Shown here one piece after another: positions 58,761 to 64,000 of a DNA stretch of 64,000 nt. Source of the stretch: Chrysemys picta bellii (taxonomy: Eukaryota); the NCBI RefSeq assembly GCF_011386835.1, contig NC_088797.1, forward strand, positions 32,488,001 through 32,552,000, given 5' to 3'. Within the stretch, counting starts at the first letter, position 1. Each line of letters starts with the position of its first letter. The position numbers and the translations under genes were made by a program. The notes beneath the pieces are model-generated. The model ran no database searches, was not told the DNA's origin, and worked only from the letters and a program-made list of their open reading frames with translations.

Positions 58761-60894
58761 GGTAAATGCTGCTCCAACACTGAAATGGTAACCGGGGGCC
58801 CTAGCCAGGACCACGTTTTGGCGCTATGTTAGGAGGGAGGAAAAGGAGACAAGACTCGCAGCTGGAACTGCTCTGTGACGACACTTGACATTTCAACCAT
58901 GCCAGGAGAGAACCTAGCCAGGGAGAACCAAACTCCCACACCACTGCCTCCTTGAACTGGTATTTTCCCAGGTTGTGATTTACCTCCGTGTCAGAGCCTG
59001 TTCGCTTGCCCAACCCTGGAATCTCCCTGAGCAGCGCTGCAGAGCACAAGGGGTTAAACTCTTTGGGCACAGAGTGTCCCAGGACCCCGGGTAACTACAG
59101 GGTGCTCGGGAGTGTTACCCAACTGTGGCCCTTTCATCACAGCCCGAACTAGTGCCAGGTCATGGGGCACATGCTGTCCTCTGAAGCAAACAGGATCGGT
59201 CCAAGTTATGAAACCAGGGTTGTTCTGACTGCATAGGGGCCCAGCGTTGGGGATGCAGGAAGCACCACGCAGCTGTGAAAAGGCCCCTTCTAAGCAAGAA
59301 GCTCTTGCTGCCCTTGGGGTGAGTAGTAAAGAAAGAGCTGATTGCTGTGAGCTGGTTACCCCTAGAGTTAAGCCTGGCTAGGATGTAGATGGGAGATCGG
59401 GTAGAGGTGTTGCAGGGAGTGGTGTAGGTTGCCTCTCCTTGGGATCAGTGCAGATGCCCCCATGTGTTGCGAGGAGGCACTGTGGTACAGGGAGTGGGGT
59501 GGGGGCTCAGTAAGGGGGCACTGTCCCCTCAGAGTCAGTGCTGGCACCAGTGTGGCATTAAGGAGCGCTGTGCTGCATGGAGCAGGGTAGGGGGCACACT
59601 CCCCTCAGCAGCAGTGCTGATACTACCAGGGCACTGTGTGGTGGGATACCCTGCTGGTTGGTGTGGCGCCCGCTGCTCTGCTGTAGTTTTTTGGCAGACA
59701 CACAATGCTGTGGTTCTAACCCCTCGTGCAGATTAAAGACATTTTTCCCAAGCGCAGAAGCATTAAAAGCACCTCACTACCCAAATGCCAGCCTAGGTCA
59801 GTTCTGTCATCAGTTGCCCCTGATAGTCCCAGGTAGATCAGGGGTGGGGGCTGTCCCTCCTCTTTTACTCCCTGTCCTAAACTGATGCTTTGGCACAGTG
59901 TTAATGCTTGCTACACTCTACACCAGAAACAGGTAAATTTCAGCAAGTGGTGAGCAGTCTTTGTATAAACAGCGGTGGTGTCCCACCCCAGAGGCAGCTG
60001 AACCTAAAGGTATATGTACACCGCTGATTAAGGTGTAAGTGTAGCAAGCGTAGACATACGCCTCTAGCTTTCATATAGCTAGCACGGGTAACAACAGCAA
60101 TGACGCTGTGGTGGCACAGGCATCAGCATGGGCTAGCAATCCCAGGAGAAGCCTGCCAGGGACCATGGCTACTTATCTGAGTGGCTAGCCCGAGTTGAAG
60201 TCTATGATGCCACATCTGCACGGGTGTCGTTACCTGCACCCTCTAGACTAAAGCTAGCAGCGGTATGCTCTCTTACACTAGTCACACCTTCATCTGCGGT
60301 ACAGACATACCCTTGGCACTGGGTGAGTGGTCTTTGTATAAACAGCTGCCATGCCCCACCCAAGAGGCAGGTGCAAGTGAGGCTTAGGGTATGTCTACAC
60401 TTAAACCATTACAGCTACAGCCGCGCCACTGTAGCGCTTCAGTGCAGAGAGTACCTGCGCCGACAGGAAGGTTCTCCCATCTGTGTAGATAATCCACCTC
60501 CCGAGAGGCAGTCGCTAGGGTAACAGAAGAATTCTTCCATCAACCTAGCGCCATCTACACCGGAGATTAGGTCAGCATAGCTGCATCTCTCTCCATGTAG
60601 TTATACAGCTGTAAGTTCCCAGTGTAAACCACCCCTTTGTCTCTCTCTGAAGGATATGACAAACCAATCCCATTTATTGGTAGAATCTGCCCCAGGCAAT
60701 TACCTCTGACCTGGATGAAAAGTGGGTTTAAATTCCTGCACACACAGTGCTATTACAAAAACAGTGACACTCCACCGCTCCCACCCTGAAGAGTGAAGAT
60801 GGGAGAATCCTGTGGTTTCAGGCCATGGTCACTGCAGGCATTTTCCCTTGTGCATGGCAACCGTACTGTGGTCAGCATCTCCCTTCCTGCAAAA

Positions 60895-62450
60895 ACAGAA
60901 GAGAAAGACAAAGGAAAGTGCAGGGCCACTACTTAATGGGGAAGGAGAGCAAATAATGGCTGACACAGGGAAGGCTGAAGTGTTTAATGCCTTTTTTGAT
61001 TCAGTCTTCACTAAAAAGGTTAGTTGGGACCAGATACTTAATACAGTTACTATTAAAAAGGGAGAAGGAAGAACACATTCCAGAATAGAGAAAGAACAGG
61101 TTAAAGAATATGTAGCTAAGTTAGATATATTCAAGTCAGCAGGGCCTTCTTAAATGCACCATAGGGTAGTTAAGGAACATGCTGAAGCAATCTGCAAACC
61201 AGTAGTGGTTATCTTCAAGAACTCCGGGAGAATGGGTGAAGTCCCAGAGGACTTGGGATAACACCTATCATCTTCCAAAAGGGGGGAAATGGAGGACCCG
61301 GGGAATTATAGACTCAGTCTGCCTAACTTTGATACCCAGAAAAAGATACAGGCACAAAATATTAGACAATCGGTTTGTAAGCCCCTAGAGGATAATAAGG
61401 TTATAAGGAATAGCCAATGTGGATTTGTCAAGAACAAATCATGCCAAACCAACCTAATTTCCTTCTTTGACAGGATAACTAGCCTAGGGGATAGAGGAGA
61501 AGCAGTAGATGTGATATATCTGGACTTGAGTAAGACTTCTGACAGTCCGACATGACAGTCTCAGAAGCAAACTAGGAAAATATGAAATTACTAAAAAATG
61601 GGTGCATAACTATTCAAACACTGTTCTCAAAGGGTAGTTATCAATGGTTTGCTGTAAACTGGGAGGATGTATCTATTTAATATTTCCATTCATGACTTGG
61701 ATGATGCAGTAGAGAGTATGCTTATAAAAATGCAGATGACACAAAGCTGAAGGGGGTTGCTAGCACTTGGAGGACAGGATTAGAATTCAAAATTACCTTG
61801 GATGAATTCGTCTGAAATCAATAGGATGAAAGTCAATAAAAACCTGAATTGGTCTGAAATCAATAGGATGAAAGTCAATAAAAACCAAGTGCAAAACACT
61901 ACACTGGGGAAGGAAAAACAAACACACAAGTACAAAATAGGAAATAACTGGCTAGGCAGCAGTACTGCAGAAAAGGAACTGGAGGGTGACATCGTGGATC
62001 TCAAGTTGAATATGATTCAAGGCTGTGATGCTGTTGCAAAAACAGCAAATGTCACGTGGGATGTAGTAACAGGAGCATTGTATGTAAGACACAGGCTGTA
62101 ATTGTACTTGCTGTACTTGAGGTGAGGCCTCAACTGGAGCCCTGTGTTGTTTTGGGCACCACACTTACATGCAAAAGGTTGTTATAAAGATTAGTTGTTA
62201 TCCATGTCCACATAGAGTAGGAAGAGAAGTAAGTGGATTAGATTGCAGCATGGGAGATTCAAGTTAGACTTTCTAACCCCAACAATAGGTAAGGACTAGA
62301 ACACGTTACACTGGGAGCAGGCAGAATCCCCTTATTGGATAGACACCTGGCAGGGATAGTCAAGGTATACTTGATCCTGCCTCAGTGCAGGGGGATGGAC
62401 CAGATCACCTTTGGGGTCCCTTCCAGTCCTACGTTGCTATGTTTCTATAA
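60895..62450 (+). mobile_element. Old CR1 LINE fragment
   Basis: KAEVFNAFFDSVFT, EDPGNYR, GFVKNKSCQTNLISFFD, VDVIYLDLSK motifs with many disruptions; CR1 3' end GGTCCCTTCCAGTCCT. Confidence 0.85.
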
Positions 62451-63007
62451 ACCGCGCAAAGGGAAACAACAGGAGGGAGAGAAGGGATAGGAAAAGGGAT
62501 GATATGGAGAAATACAGAGAGGCAGTTGCACATGGCAGCTTGCAAAGGCAAAAGCTCTTGCGCCCACATCCAGGAAAGACAGAGGAGGAGCTAGTGCTAG
62601 ATGGGAGGGGAAGTTCAGACCCTGCAAGTAACAAGGCCCCAGGGAAGTCGTACATGACATGGGGTCTCTGAAATTGAGGCCAATAGAGGGGAGCCAACCC
62701 CAGAGCTTGCAATGAGCAGCAGAGACATGATCAGATCATGGTATGTTTTATTCAGCACATTCCCCTCCCTGCCCAATAAGATCCAGGCTAGCAGCAGTGA
62801 GAATGTTCACAGGGCGTTCACAGGGCATTACCCCCAACCCCCCAATATGTTCACAGGCCATTCTCCGCCATGCTCTCAGGCACCCCTCACAACCATCTGG
62901 TGTGGGAAAGATATGGTGAAACGGATGAGTCTGAGGGGGACACGTGTCCACTCCCCGCATAGGAGCAAGCCAGCGTCTGCCTCAAGGCTGGGCTGACTCC
63001 CCTCATA

Positions 63008-63853
63008 TCAGCCCCTCTCACAGATGACCTCAATGACACTCTGCTCCATGGGCACAGGGTCCAGGCAGCGGTGGGCTGTGCTGCCCACGATTTCATCTAG
63101 CAGGAAGTGCACCAGGTTCTCATCGCAGACAAAGCGCCACAGGTAGAGCTGTAGATAGTAGCAGTCCACCTGGATCTGCTGCAGGCCGTAGCGCCCGAAG
63201 GTCCGCAGCCGCACGCACTCCAGGAAGGTCTTCAGGCTGATCTTGATGATGCCGGTCAGGACGGAGACCTGGGGGGTGGGTGGGGAGGTCATTCAAGCAC
63301 TGTCCCCTATGGGCTTGGAGGACACAGAGGGGAAGAATCACCCCCAGAACTCCCTATGTGGCAGAAGTCTCTTGTGGAGGAATGAGGCCAGGTCTGGGCT
63401 GCACCCCCAGCCGGAGGGGCAAGGGGGTCAGTGGCAGCTAGGGAACAGGGAAGTGTGAGTGAACATGGAGTGGGTGTGTGACAGCTCTGGAGGGAAGGGT
63501 CCCCAGAGGACGGGGGAGGTGTGTGGGGAGCTCTGTTTCTCCTTTAATGCACTGGTGGTGGGGGGGGGGGGGGGGCACTGAAGATTAATAGAGCCTAAGG
63601 CCAGAAGAGACCACTGTGATCAGATGGAGTGAGTGTTGGGAGTTGTGTCCCTGCTCTGATGTACTGGGGGGGAGGGGAGGGGGAGAACTAGAGGACAAGC
63701 TGAGTTTAGGGGGCTCTGATCTGTGGGGGGCTCTCCCCCACCCCCAGGGTGGCAGCTCTGCTCACCTTGTTGAACTCCACGGGGCTGAAGATGTCGATGC
63801 GCTCAGAGAACAGCTTCTGAATGTTACTCAGGAGGTTAGTGTCCAGGGGGGCA
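63008..63853 (-). CDS. VPS51: VPS51 (GARP/EARP subunit), last two exons: 63853..63766 and 63268..63008
   Basis: [29 protein letters not shown] / [36 protein letters not shown]...VIEVICERG*; AATAAA on minus at 62752-47. Confidence 0.95.
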
Positions 63854-64000
63854 CTGCACGGGGAGGGGTGGGGGGAGAGGCAGAGACAAGGGGTTACACA
63901 CTCACCAGCAGCCAGGAACCCCATTGCACAGCAGGGGATTGGATCTGGGCAGCCCTCCTCACCTGAGGCTGCGCCTGGGAGTGAAACACTGGGTCAAAGC

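Noticed and set aside
59450-60000. Possible ancient LF-SINE/AmnSINE-like element
   Set aside because: Only short matches from recall (CCTGTCCTAAACTG, CCACCCCAGAGG); cannot be supported without RepeatMasker.
63960-64000. Additional VPS51 exon ending at CCTCAG|GTGAGG
   Set aside because: Phase fits, but the translation ([13 protein letters not shown]) does not resemble the expected VPS51 sequence, and the window ends there.

Overview
Vertebrate genomic DNA, most likely a turtle (inferred from the Harbinger/hAT-MITE/CR1/Penelope repeat content). Host genes in order: last four exons of a PRPF39-like gene (+), MRPL49 (-) and FAU (+) on a shared ~150-bp bidirectional promoter, intronless ZNHIT2 (+), TM7SF2 (-), a TLR5-like ectodomain-only gene with no transmembrane or TIR domain (soluble TLR5 type, -), and the last two exons of VPS51 (-). 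This is the human 11q13 block (VPS51-TM7SF2-ZNHIT2-FAU-MRPL49) plus two genes not found there in human. The main finding is in two divergent Harbinger transposons (1..2899 and 21002..24873). Besides transposase and the Myb/SANT-like gene, each carries a third small two-exon gene nested antisense in the Myb-gene intron. Both copies have an ATG|GT first-exon end and a phase-0 acceptor, and the proteins share 36/98 ungapped identities by manual count. The ~100-aa product resembles a BEN domain. Also notable: a candidate NF-kB + C/EBP + TATA promoter for the soluble TLR5, and Penelope-like elements with minimal hammerhead-ribozyme motifs, three arranged as palindromes. All calls come from manual reading; no database search was run.
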